Positions 28,427 to 41,289 of a stretch of DNA of 64,000 nucleotides are shown here, piece by piece. The notes under the pieces are model-generated. The model was not told the DNA's origin. It searched no databases and saw only the letters and a program-made list of their open reading frames with translations. Each line of letters begins with the position of its first letter. The stretch's first letter is position 1. The position numbers were made by a program, and so were the translations under genes. Source of the DNA: Lingula anatina (taxonomy: Eukaryota > Animalia > Brachiopoda); NCBI GenBank assembly GCA_051362555.1, contig CM120645.1:9982001-10046000 (forward strand), read 5' to 3'.

Positions 28427-29517
28427 TTAGTTTGTTTCCATATCATTTTCCTCCCTCTGTGGAATCTGTGGTGGCTTGTAAATACAAGCTTTTATCTGAT
28501 GTAGTGAAGGGTGGATCCTAGAAACAATGCTTCTCTGCACATTAAACGGTTCCAAAACTGAACCAACTACAATTCCAATGATACACATTTGGCCATTAAG
28601 CAATTTCACAAACACCGCAGATCCAGAGTCCCCTTTCTGAGAAAATGGCTTATCATGTGTGGCATAAACATTTATCATATTTTTAAATCTTTCACTATGA
28701 CCAGATGTCTTATCCACAAAGGTAATCTCTCTGCAACAAGCAACCCCAAGGCCGAGTTTTCCCTCTGTCCACCCAGTGGTTTTTCCATATTTGTATGCCA
28801 AGGCATGCTCAGGAAGCAGATCTACGTGTCTAGTAACCACATCATTGAACGTTTCAAGTGATTCTAATGGAAATAAGTTGCCTTTGGCATTCTTATGCAA
28901 TTGCACGAGTGCTATGTCTACACCACATTTAATCACATTGCCATCCCCATCATCATGTTCAACATTACCTACATAGCATTTGCTAACAATGCCACATCTT
29001 TTAAAATTGTTTTCAACAAAAACAGGAGTGCCAATTACTGTTTCAGGACGTCTATCATAAGGGCAAAATACATGGGAACATGTAACAAATGCCTTTGGCC
29101 TGGTTGAGGCATGGTTACCCTCATCTTTCTCCACAAATAAACCAAGACTACCAGATTTATCAGAACCTACAGCACTTCCAATATACAACTCACAATGATC
29201 ATCTCTGTTTCCTTCATTGTCAGCATGAAGTACAAATGTTCCTTGCCTGACTTCAACTGGATATTCCTGAAGTTTTTTTGGAAAGTCTGAAATATTAGTC
29301 ATGTCACTGCAGTATATTGCAATGCAAGGACTGCTCTTTCCATCTTCATCTGCTTGTTCTCTTGAAAGAGAGATATCTATACACGAGATGTTGGAAAATT
29401 GATCAAATAGTTCATCACAATTCTTTTCGATGATAGCTCCCATTTTCTTCCTTTCATCACGGGAAATGAGCTCTCTTGTCATCATATCTAAGACTTCTTT
29501 CTCCACGGTTCTTTCAG
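28427..29517 (-). CDS. Terminal exon: Nal1/Ssy5-like trypsin-fold serine protease with N-terminal accessory domain
   Basis: GSLGLFV, FVTCSHV (His), VDIALVQL (Asp), [24 protein letters not shown] (Ser), IIGIVVG; upstream [21 protein letters not shown] resembles the Nal1-type N-domain. Confidence 0.88.
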
Positions 29518-32500
29518 CTATGAAGAAAGAATCAGAAATAAAGCAATATGACCAAGATAATATATACATTTAGATACAATGTTTAGCATTAAAATATAAT
29601 CAAAATTTACTTAATTGATACTTTGAAACGCTACAATATTTAGAAGAAATTTAGAGTAAAACAAAAATATGATTTGGTAGTTATGGGGCAAATGTCACCA
29701 ATATTGTGCAAAAAAACAGTCTGAGAATAATTACCATAAATGTAAACAGATCATGCTGACTTTAGAAAGCAACCTGCTTCTTTGCCAAACAAAGCCACTC
29801 AGCAAATTTAAAGTAAAACAAAATTATTGAAACCCAGGGGCAACACCAGGGCCAGAAACTTTCAAAATTCAGTTCTTGGTGAAAAGTGGCTCAATGGTCA
29901 ATTTCAAGGTCACTGTAAGATTGGCAGTAAATGACTTCCTATTCAAGTTCAAAAGTAACTAAGGACTTATCTCTAATTGTAACCCCTCACCATAACATGA
30001 GAGCTTAGGTCTGTGTAGTGTCTGAAAATTGGCACAAACAAAATTTTTTTGCAGAAAATTCCCATTTTTAGAACATTTTGGCCCTTTTGACCTTGAAATA
30101 AAAGTCAAAGTTCAAATCCAAGGGCATATTTGGAATCTCCACATATGACTGTTGGGCAGACTTCAAAATTCGAATCCCAACTCCACTAAAATTTCCAAAT
30201 TACCCATGAACATTATTTATGATTGGTCTATCAAACCCAAAAGTTTGACCTGTATTTTACATATGTTGATCAATCCTCAAAGTTTTACGACAGTAGGCTC
30301 CATCAGTTTTCCTTGAAATGCATACTTTTTGAAAAATAATTCAATCATGCAGATTTTCAAACAAGACCTATATTTTATCAATATTCATCAGTGCTGCAAT
30401 TTTAAAGAGGGGAAGAAAGCAGAAAATCCAACTCAAACACCACGGTATCAAGGAATTTTCAGCAAACAAAAACAGGAAATCAATGATTTAATAAGGCTTT
30501 TTAAAATTTATGTTTCATGAGCCTGTAGAGCTTCATGGTAATTTACCTTCAGTATCACTTGGTAATGTAGTGACAGGTGGAGTAACACCATGCTCCTGTA
30601 GAAAAAAAGAAACCCTGGTGATCAGATAGTTAGATTATTCATTTATTTACAAGACAAATGCAATTCACTAAGATACATTTAATATTTATGTACAAGTTAT
30701 GACTGAGCTATGCTTCCATTACATATTTTCATAACTTACCTTCTCACTTGTGCCTGGCATAAACCATAGTCTGTACACTGAATCCTCTGGCATCCCACAT
30801 TCTGTGAGATCAGTCTCTTTAGGATCTATTGCCATCAGTTCATCTCTGACCTTTGGCTTTCTTGGGTCTCTGACACACCATTCTAACTGCAAATGTGGGC
30901 AAACAGTCTGCTTAACTTGCTGAATTTGGTTTAAGACATGGTTCTTCCACTTCACATATGCCTCTCGGATTGTTCTGTCAAACTTTGTCCCTGTGGGATA
31001 TAAAGGGATCAGTTCAATGCAAGAGGATTTTGCTGACTTTCTCAAAGCACAACGTGCTCTTCTTCGTGGATCAATTGCAAAAACAGCATAATCATAATAC
31101 AGCTCATTTTGAATGAGAAAAAAGTCCCCTCTTCTTCTTAATCCTTTCCTACTTGAAGATGTGTCATTTTGGGCTAATTTTGATGTAAGCTGGTTGAAAA
31201 GCACATGTGGCATAAAGTTCTCTTTCCCTTGTATGAAAAGTGTTCCTTCACTGCCAACCAATTCCGGATTCTTGCATATCTGGAGTAAGCTGGGCACATA
31301 GAACTGTCGAAAAGTAGGCTTTTCTGCTGTACCTGGCTTGATGTCCTGTTGCAAAAGAATGTTGAATTGCACCATAACACCGATTAAAATGGGCTTCAAC
31401 TCACTGTCATCTCCCCAAAGCTCATCCAAAAGTCTTTCATCTAGGATGCCCCTCTTTAATGCAGACCAATATGGAGTCCCTTTGGTTTTGACATGGTGTT
31501 TATCAACTGCTATAATAGACCTGAATGCGTCTATCAGCCACAGTGGATTCAAAATGACTATGTCTGAGAGATCATCAGTCTGAAAGTGCATAAGATCTCC
31601 AATGTCATGATGGAACTGGAGGAATGACTTCAGCTCAATGGCATCCTGCATTCCAACTTTAAGAGCTAATTTTTGCAGCTCCTCATACTTTATCCACCTT
31701 TTTTCTCGTTTCTCAGGTGCTTGACGCAGCTGAAGATCTTCTTCTAATCTAATCCATCTTATTGGATTCTTCTCTCCCCAAGATTTTTGGCTTTCAGCAA
31801 TTTTCATAACATATCGACGGAGATCTGATATTTCTTGATCTTCATCTTGACATGTGTTGTCAATTGCAAAGAAACGAGGATCAACATGCACACCACTTTT
31901 CTTCTGTTGTATATGATGCCGCAATTTAGCAAAGTACGCATTTATTTCTTCTTCATGCTATAAGAGAATGGGAGAAACAGTTTTTCAACACATTGTAAGC
32001 TGCAATCACATATTCTATCAATCATCATAATTGCTTTTTTTCAGAACAGTTTAAATTTTTTTTATTTTTTGTTTCAGTAATTATGCCTACCTTTTCTTTG
32101 GGAACATTTTCCAGGAATTTGTCTTTATGCGTGCAAGCGATGATTATTCGGGGAGACAATACCCCATCTTCACTTAGGTTTTGCTGTGGTGCATAAGTAT
32201 GGATTATGTCTATCCAATAATAAGTGAAGTCTGGAAATATATCAGACAAAATTCAAAATGTACTTTAGTAACATTTTTTTTGCTGTTTGAACTGTTTGAG
32301 TACAGAAAGATGTCTGGTTATATGATAACTTTTTAATATTCTTAAGGCAAAATATATTATTCATATTTAGCAAAAATATTTACTTGTAAGAGCAAATTCT
32401 GGACAAGGATGCATTGTGATGAGCACCACACCTAGACCAGTGCACCTTCACAGGGGCGGATTTAGGCCGTCTTCTAGGTCTTACAGAAGACGGTCAGATT

Positions 32501-35500
32501 ATTAAGTTTACTTTGACGGGTATCTTATATTTTCTGTCAGAAGACGGTCAAAAACTGAGGACGAATTAACAAAGATAATTTGGAAGACTGTAAGAAAATA
32601 TCTCTGGATCCGCCCCTGCTTCAGATAACAAAATTTACATGGATTGAGTTGAGATCATATGTGGCCTATATCCAAGAGATGGGTACACAGGCCCTTGAAG
32701 TCTAGGAGGACAAGTGGTGATGGTGTATGGCAGCAAATACAGCGGATATGGTGGACAAGATGGGACGGGGCTAAAACCACGTGTTCCGGCAGTGTTTACA
32801 CTGGTGTTACAATTATAGTTGACATTTCATAACTGCTAGCTGGTATTTAACAACATAATTGGTAGTGAAATGATTTTATAAACATAAAAGCCCTTTCCGT
32901 TAAAACGCTTGTAATGAGCCATGAATTTCATACTGCTCTTAAATTTCAAAAATCTTAAAATTAATTTTGACCAGTAAGCAGTTTTGCGGGATCTTGATTT
33001 TCCTGAATCTCACACACCTTAAAATCAGCAATTGAGCTATTTTTGTGCTCAAAAAGCCCTAGCCTGCATTTACCCAAGTGCTGTGTGGCCCAAGGTGCAA
33101 GATAACGATCGGTACAGTTAGCTTTGGATGCTAAACAACATTGTCATCACAATTCATTAAGATAACAAGAGAATCTATAAAGAGTTGCACTGTCACTCTG
33201 TCGTTTCTTAACCGGAGTACTTGGCGTGAGATAGCAATCGGTAGTTTTTCTGAGGCGCACATTAGCATTGCCAACAGTAGGGACTTCAGTAACAGAACAA
33301 AAGAAGCAATTAACAGCTGCAATTAAGATTACCATTATTGCTTTCTTGTCTCACTCAGATTGTTCACGATCTCCTGCTGAACATCCCCCGCTAATGAAAT
33401 CCCTTGAACAAATATGAAAACTGCCTTCTCATTTCGATCTCCTGCTGATGATCTTCCGCTAACAAAGTCCCCTAAACAAATATAAAAATTGCCTTCTAGC
33501 ATGGACAAAATTTCCAAGCTTCTAGGCTTGCTTGGATCGATGAAGATCTCCTGCTGATGAATACAGCAACAAAGTCCCTTGAACTAGTATGGAAATTGCC
33601 TTATCGTCACGCTCAGATCGCTCACGATCTCCCTTGACGAACTTCCAGTCCCTTGAACGAATATGAAAATGGCCTTTCTGTCTCATTAGGTGTACCAAGA
33701 TTCTTTTCAAAAATCAAGACAAGTTTCTGGCTGATAGAATGACTTTCAAAAAAATTACACTACTGATAACAATGCTGTTTTGCATCCCTAGCCAACAGTA
33801 CCGCTCATTATCTAGCACCTTGGGCCGTACGTGTATCCCTTGGGTTGCAAATACTGACACTCACCCATCATACATTATGGTAACTGTAAATAGATCATTG
33901 GGGGAAGATAACATAAGGTCTAGCGACAAACAGACAACTTCTGGTCAAAATTGACAGAATTCCATGAAATTGAAATGCTTGGAAGTTCTGAGCACCTCCA
34001 TTTCATGAATTTCGACCAAAATAATCTTTTCCCAAATTTAATTATTTTTTACTTTACAAAATTCATGGCACATTAGCGTATATACTCACTAGCTGACAAA
34101 CAGTTGTGAGCTGGTGGGTGTCTTACCAAGAATAGTTCCTGAGAAGTGTTCAGCTCCTTGCCATTGGTCATCTAGCCTGTCTGTTAAAGCAAGGCTCATA
34201 TCAATGGCAAGAATGTAAATAGCTCTGGAAGAAAGGAATGTGTGGTGGGTGTTGTAATACACACTTTGCCCTCCAAAATCCCAGACTGCTAGACGAGCTG
34301 GTGGATTTTCAATGTCGTACGAGCTTTCTGTCAAATGTTTTAAGACATCAGGCGGGAGCTCCAAAGCCTCCTTGGAACTACTAGGGCTGGGCTGATGTTC
34401 TTAAAATATAAATGAACAAAGTTCACATGTTTCAGTATTAAAAAAGATTAAAGACAAATTTAATCATTTAAATGTATGAACTACAGTATAAAGCTAGAGG
34501 GTTGTACATGGTGATGGCTTGATCATTTAATCAGAAAAATAATTTTGGAATAACTAAAAATTACTAAGTAAATAAAGCATTTTGGTGCTTTTACTGTATA
34601 AAATGGTCTGCTTTTCAATTGTGCTGCTACCACTCAATAGGAATGTACGAAGTTAATGAATTTATAACATAAAAAACAGAATCTTTTAAATTCACAATTT
34701 TCCCTTTTTGAAATGATCAAGCCATTAAATTATGCAATAACATGCTTTGCTAAAGTGGGTGAGACACATTTAGGATAAAACATTTTGCCACCTTTCCTTT
34801 ACCAATTTTTACATAGTTGACAAGGAATTTTAACATAATATGTAGCACATAGAGACACCCAGTATAATACTGCATGGTGTATTCGTTGTCTTGTGTTATT
34901 GTCATACTAATTTTGATCAAGGGAAAATGGACCACCTGCCGCACTGTGCATCCTAATCTGATATTGCATAATGATGGAAGTTAATTATAAGTTAAGAAAA
35001 TTGTAACAAATGTTTAAATTTGAAAGAACCTACTGTACCCCTTTCCTTCTCATGTTATACTAAAATTTGTCCTTCCATTTCATCTTCGAGTCTTAGAAAA
35101 ACTTACCATAAAAAAAGAAATAAACACCATGATATGCCATTAAAGCAAATTGGAAAAAAATGGCATAACTTAAGAAATTTGCAAAAATGGTCTGATCATG
35201 CTGATCTATGAACTTCACCTGTATTTTTGTAAGATTTATCACTCCTGTGAGTTTCAAGACAATATGCCTATCGGTTTTCTTGAAATGTGTTATAAGTGAC
35301 ACATAAATGCTGAAAAAAGGCCCAACATGCTGATTGTTGACCTTGACTTGTATTTAAGGAATATTCATCAGTTCAGTAAGTATGAAGACAAAGGGTGAAT
35401 TCCCAGAGTTTTAGATTGATCCAGAGATTTAGGCTTCGTTCACATGCAATGTCTATTTTCTAAATTCTATTTTCTCGCGCTATCTTATGATCACGGTCTG

Positions 35501-38500
35501 TGCCCTGAATATCCCGCCGCGTAATTACTAGCAGCGCGAGCCAGTTACTTATAGTAACTTATAGTAACTGGCTCGCGTTGCCAGTAATTACGCCGCTGCC
35601 AGTAATTACGATATTCAGTGCACAGACCGTGATCATAAGACATACCGCGAATAGAAAATAGAATTTAGAAAATAGACATTGCATGTGAATGAAGCCTTAG
35701 ATTTAGATGGACCTAACTCCCTGGGGGTTCACGCTAAATTGCAGTCAGCCGAGCGCACACCCCTACAGCTTTAAGTAGGCGGGACAGACGCTTAAGCTGG
35801 CTAAGCTAGTGAGACTCTCCACAGGGACAGATCGATCTAAAATCTATGGAAATGGGGTCAAAAGGTGAAAATGTGAAATGTTTTTCCACTTATCGTGGTA
35901 CTATATATCACTGATATATGCAGTTATATTTCTGCTAGATAAATCTGTCTGCCAGCTGAAAACAAAAGTGGATGGCCTTGGAGAAATATTAGTTTAGATG
36001 ATGTTGGGTGCTACCACTGTGCTCCTATATTTTGTTCATAGTGATCAATACCATCTTTATCTGAACAGACGGGCTTCTTTGTTAGGCACAAGCAGGCAAG
36101 GACAAATGTGAACAAAAATTGACTCTCATCTCTCATAAGACCTCATGTTGATGAAGGACATGATGTTATTTCAGCCAGTTACATGCACACAGCTTTGTCT
36201 TCATCTGGAGTTATCAGACTGCCATGCAGCTGTTGTGGAAAATAGGGAAAGGTGCACAGTCAATTTGAATTTTCACTGTATAAGTGACAGGTCCTATGTC
36301 AGCTGCCTTAAGCCATGATAGTGTTCCAGTTGGTTGAGGACTGAAGCAAGTTGGAGGATAAAGAGATTCTCTAGTCAAGTCATTTCTTCTCAGTGAATTT
36401 AAGAAACGAATTACATCAGAAAAGAAAAAAGATCCAACTGCTGCCTTTCAAGAAATGTTGAATAAAAAACAAACATGAAACTGTTCAACAAGGATGCTTG
36501 GCTGAATGTTCATCAAACCATTGGTTATTTTTTCATGTTTAAATATTATAATGAAGAAGCAAAGAAGAATGCCCTCTAGAGGCAAACATTAAAGAAACAG
36601 ATCAAGGAAATGTTAGGTTTATGAAAAGACAAATATACATAATAGGCTTTTTTAGTTTAACTTAATTCTGTGGCCACATAAATTCTAGATATTTTAGCAC
36701 AGTGTCATTCTGCTAAGAGCAGATTATAAATAAGTCAATTTTTTTCATTGGGTTTTTTAAAACTTGTGATGATGTATATAATGTACATATAAGATGTGTA
36801 GAATGTGACCCTGTATAAGTATTTGCACTAGAAGTTTTCAGTCGAGTGAATGGCTGTTGTCTTTTTAATTTCTCATAGTTGATCATGGTGCCTTTTTATT
36901 TTTTAAATCATAATAAACATATATTTTTTCTTTTAAAGCAATTAAGTTTTCTTTGAACAAGAGATGGAAATATTTAAACAAGGCAGCAAAGCTGTCAAAT
37001 GTACAGACAAAAGACAGGAAATAACTATGCACAAAATAGGCTACTGTCAATTCTGATGCTAAAGTACATTATGTTAAACTGCAAATTCAACATCAAATTT
37101 TAATTATGCTCAACAGGTAATACCAATGTAAGTAAAATGTGTAACAAGTTCACACTTTGAAAATATATAACTTCCAGAAAAAGAAGCCAATTAGACTGCT
37201 TTTCCAACTCATAAGTAACATGGCAATCATAAGTAACATGGTTTTCCCATGATGGTCATCATGGCAGCAGCACCCAAAATTGTGTTTTCTTCTATTCTGA
37301 TGCAATATTACATAATGGTTAACAGCATAATGACTGTCAATTTTTAATAATAAAATATACGTATCATGGATTTTCAGAAAAAATGACTAGCATGGGTCTT
37401 CAAGCCCGTGGAACTTCAAATTCACACCATGAAAATGCCAATATGTGAAAAATTAAATTTTCACAAAAAAAAAAAAAACGTTTTACTGGCAGTAAGAATT
37501 ACCAAACAGACTGCATTGCCTACTGAAGCTGTATTTTAGTCCCATGTTTCTTTCCTGTAAGTTTGAGAACAGTAAGTGACATGGTTTTTCTTAAATGGTC
37601 ATCATGGGAGCAGTGCCCAAAATAGTTTTTTTTTTTAAATTTTGATGCAATATTACATAATGTTTAACAGCAAAATGACCATCAATTTTAATAATAAAAT
37701 ATTAGTATTATGGATATTCAGAAAATGTGACTAGCAAAGGTCTTCAGGCCCTTGGAACTTCAAAGTCACAACTTGAAAATGCCAAAATGTAAACAAGACA
37801 GCAATGTTCTGAAATGTTTTTTTTTCCAGTTTTAACAATTTCTAACATAAAACAAAATTAACAGTTTACTATCGTTTTTATATGATCAACTAAGAAAATT
37901 GATGAAATGGGAAAAATATTAATAGAGCAGTGTTAAATGTCCAATTTCTTCCATTCTGAGATTCTGAACATAGTGAATGATTGAATCTGACAAACTGCAA
38001 TGATATGAGTTTATTTCCATTTTTGAAACTTTATTACACAATACACATTAAAAAGTTTACCATTATTTTTACATAATCAAATAATGATGTTGTAAAGATG
38101 CAGGAAATGCCAAACAAACACTTTTACGTATCTTATTAATTAAAAATTGAAACTGTTAACATGCCTAAGAATTTAATCTGAGGAAATGTGAAAAAACGGC
38201 ATTTCTTTAAAATAATGGCCCGATTATGCTGATTTTCGAACTCAACCTGCGTTTTAGTAAGATTGACCACTCCTGTGAGTTTAATGACAATTGGCCTATC
38301 TGTTTTTCTTATATTGTGTTTACAGTGTTGCATATATGCTGAAAAATGAAAAAACAGCATAACTACTAAAATAGTGGCCCGATCATGCGGATTTTCGAAC
38401 TTGACCTGCGTTTTAGTAAGATTGATTACTCCTGTGAGTTTCATGACAACTGGCCTAACGGTTTTCCTTAAAATGTGTTTACAGGGTTGCATATATGCTG

Positions 38501-41289
38501 AAAAGTGAAAAAACAGCATAACTTCTACAATAATGGCCCGATCATGCTGTTTTTTTAACTTGACCTGCGTTTTATGAATATTCATCAGCTCTGTAAATAT
38601 AAAGCCAAAAAGTAAAACTGCCCTCCACTTATCGTGTTTGAAGGAAAGTGCATGGCGACGGCATCGGCGACGGCGCCGACAGACGCAGGTGATGGCAATA
38701 TGTACAGACACATCTGTGTCTGTACATAAAAACAAACATCATTTAAATTGCATCTGAATTGAGTGTTTCAATAAAACAATAAGTTAAACTTGAAAAGTCC
38801 ATAATATGATCTGGGCTCCATCTTTTGGGGACAGGGAAACTGGGTCCCTTGCTACTAACCTCCCAAACAAATTGTGGACCTTTTATATTTATTTTATTTT
38901 TATTTTTTTGTAACCCAAACTTATCGGAGAGTTGAAATCTAACCCATTTAATAAGTGGTAAGACCACAGTTCAAATGTACCCCGTATTTGAGAGTTTGAA
39001 ATGGATGAAGTATGGCACTTTGTACAGAATCTTAATGGGGGTGCTAATATTACACAACCAAGGTAGCATTATGCAACAGTCATAGGGCTCATTCCTGATA
39101 AAACTTTTGTTCTAGGTAGACCTATCCAACTCCAGGGGTACTCTGGCTGAATGCTATCAGATATACACCCACCTACAGGTACAGTACTTGCATTGAGTAG
39201 AATACAGAAAAGATGGTGATGGTAAGAATGCATAGGAAACAAGAAGAGACGTGATAGTCTGTTAACCTGATTGCACTCAGCAAGAGTACCCGTGGGGTTG
39301 GATTGATCAAGGTAGAATGAAAGCATCATTGAGAATGTGCCCATAGCACTGGCTAGCCCATATTTTTTACATTTTTACCACATTTTGAGAGGTATCCAAT
39401 TTTTCACACATTTCCTTGAGTGGCCCCAGCTTAAAGATCACTATGTCCAAGTTTAAAAGTCTTCAAATTACTTAAAGGGATAATAACTCTTCATATGAGA
39501 TCTGTATTTCACAGTAAAAACATTGTGAATAACTCATGGAAATATAATATATTCTGTTTTACCACAAAAATGGCAGTTATAGCTATTATTCTGATTTCTG
39601 AGCTTGTCTTTAGACCACGTGACCTCCACTGATGGCTATACTCTGTTAAAATCTCTTAAGAGATTTTAACAAAAAACCAAGCTTTTTAGAAAAAAACCAG
39701 GGACTAACTTTGAATGTAAAAATGGATTCATTAACCATTGGTTAGTATGGAAAAATTGTTGTTTACTCTAGGAAAATTCATTTTTTAGCCGAAACGAAGA
39801 GCTTTAATCCCTTTAAATAAACATATGTTGAAATTTTTTAAATACATTTGTTATGTTTATTTGGGGAAACACTTCTTATTATAGTAACAAATTCCACTGG
39901 ATGAAGTGCATTCCACCTGCATAGGCAGTGAGGAAAGACAAAAAGTAGGTCAAAAATCTCTATTTTCTAGGGCATATATCTCCCAACCCATAAAAGGTGC
40001 AGTAATATTTTTTTTTAAATTGATAAAACTATTAGTATATCCTTTGTTGATAATCGTGCCAAGTTTCATGAGTCTCCCCCCCGATCCCATATTTTTGCCA
40101 AGAATGGATATTTTTTCATTTTACTTCACAGAAGCTTATAACTTCTTAGGACACATCTTCACACCAATTTGGTTGAATTTCTCGTTAAATGGCACTTAAT
40201 TAGCTCATTTAATATTCATGTGACCGGGTCATTATGTCATCAACGGAAATTTCAACTCTTTACATTAAGACCCTGGTATCTGAACGAGGGAATGAAACTA
40301 CATGCTTGCTGTGGTTTCATTGTCCCGCGAGTCTGGAGGAAACAAAACAAGATTGGGTCATAACATCTGTGATTACATGCATGCTCAGATGACAGGATGT
40401 CTTTACACATTGTTGTTTAATAAAAAGCAGACTATTTCAGATGTTTAAATACTGAAAATGAAAAATTTGTTTAGATAGCTTTGTAATTAAGTTGAAAACA
40501 GAGTAAAGCACAACAACCCGTTTTCTTCACCCAGCAAAATTTGTGACAAAGTAATTTTTTTTCAAGTGTGTGGGTTAAATGATCCCTGATATGATGAAAA
40601 AAAACATGACAATACTTTACTGAGAGCTTTCTTTTCCGTAATGAATAGCTACAAAATGGCCTGGTATATCTGTCTCCCAGATTAAAGCGCTGTATTAGTG
40701 TCATTTTCCGCTAATAATTAAAAAGTTTAAAATACAATGTTTGGGAACACAAATTTGTTTGTTATAATATGACAAATCTAACACGTATAGGAATATTTTG
40801 ACAGACTTTCAAAGATGATAACCCCTTGCTGTTACCCAGTATTGTGGAAGTGCAGACATATATATATATATAATGTGATACTCACCTCCAAGCGAAAAAA
40901 ACAGCTTCTTTTCAAAATCAGTATCATTGCATCTGATATGAGTCAAGTGCCGCATATTTCTGGGTAAATCCTCAAGGGAGGCATCCAGCAGGATAGGGAC
41001 AACGATGTCTTCACTCATCTCGGCAGCATAATGCAGCGCCATATTTCTTTCCTGCTTGCACCAAGGACTTGTAAGAAAGTCCTTGGAAAGAAAACAAATG
41101 ATGTACGTGCATTTTTCGAGGGCTTCATTAATACAAGTCACTGTTGAAGTACCTGGGCGGAAATCTCGTTTTGAGTAGCAGCAGCTGACTCCCCTTTTCT
41201 CCAATGTGTCCATGACACTTTCCACAAATTCAGCATCAACATTACTGTGGGCCAAAAATGCATCATACTTGTCTTTGTAAAGTACTTGC
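28427..41289 (-). CDS. Multidomain Roco-family protein: TIR - ROC (G3-G5) - COR - Nal1/Ssy5-like trypsin-fold serine protease (5'-partial, about 1057 aa)
   Basis: Exons 41289-40886, 34399-34127, 32230-32091, 31957-30740, 30595-30547 and 29517-28427 all have AG/GT boundaries and matching phases (1,1,0,0,1), giving one open frame to the stop at 28427. The TIR-to-ROC junction spans a 6.5-kb intron and is the least certain link. Confidence 0.8.
30740..31957 (-). CDS. Exon encoding ROC G5 region and COR domain
   Basis: FFAIDN (G5), [63 protein letters not shown] are typical COR motifs. Confidence 0.9.
32091..32230 (-). CDS. Exon encoding ROC G4
   Basis: YWIDIIH...[11 protein letters not shown] matches the ROC G4 consensus P.IIVGTH.D. 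Confidence 0.88.
32400..32815 (+). mobile_element. Degenerate 3' end of HINE family B with a 168-bp TIR mini-element inserted (32451-32618)
   Basis: Homologous to 48958-49209 (CCACACCTAGACC, GAGTTGAGAT, ATCCAAGAGATGGGTAC, TCTAGGAGGA). The insert has TIR CAGGGGCGGAT/ATCCGCCCCTG with CTTCA on both flanks. Another family B fragment lies at about 29860-30150. Confidence 0.75.
34127..34399 (-). CDS. Exon encoding ROC G3/switch II
   Basis: [33 protein letters not shown] is the ROC hallmark WDF.GQ..YY.TH..FL...A.Y.L..D. Confidence 0.92.
35432..35696. mobile_element. Hairpin MITE (PIF/Harbinger-like) with TTA target duplication, nested in an older MITE
   Basis: GGCTTCGTTCACATGCAATGTCTATTTTCTAAATTCTATTTTC.. 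is inverted at the right end; TTA at 35429-35431 and 35697-35699. Confidence 0.88.
36977..38730 (+). mobile_element. HINE family A element
   Basis: Starts AACAAGGCAGCAAAGCTGTCAAATGTACAGACA; ends with (GACGGC)n plus ATGTACAGACACATCTGTGTCTGTACAT hairpin; about 160-bp internal repeats. Confidence 0.85.
40886..41289 (-). CDS. Exon encoding a TIR domain (TIR_2-like)
   Basis: KYDAFLAHS (box 1), [10 protein letters not shown] (BB loop), [28 protein letters not shown] (alphaC Glu), [17 protein letters not shown]. Confidence 0.93.

Noticed and set aside
38136-38735. 199-aa minus-strand ORF with internal repeats
   Set aside because: Lies wholly within HINE-A tandem repeats; sister copies are frameshifted.
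39545-39600. GKT tripeptide on minus strand as the missing ROC P-loop
   Set aside because: Context [10 protein letters not shown] lacks the first Gly and the preceding hydrophobic strand; no convincing exon.
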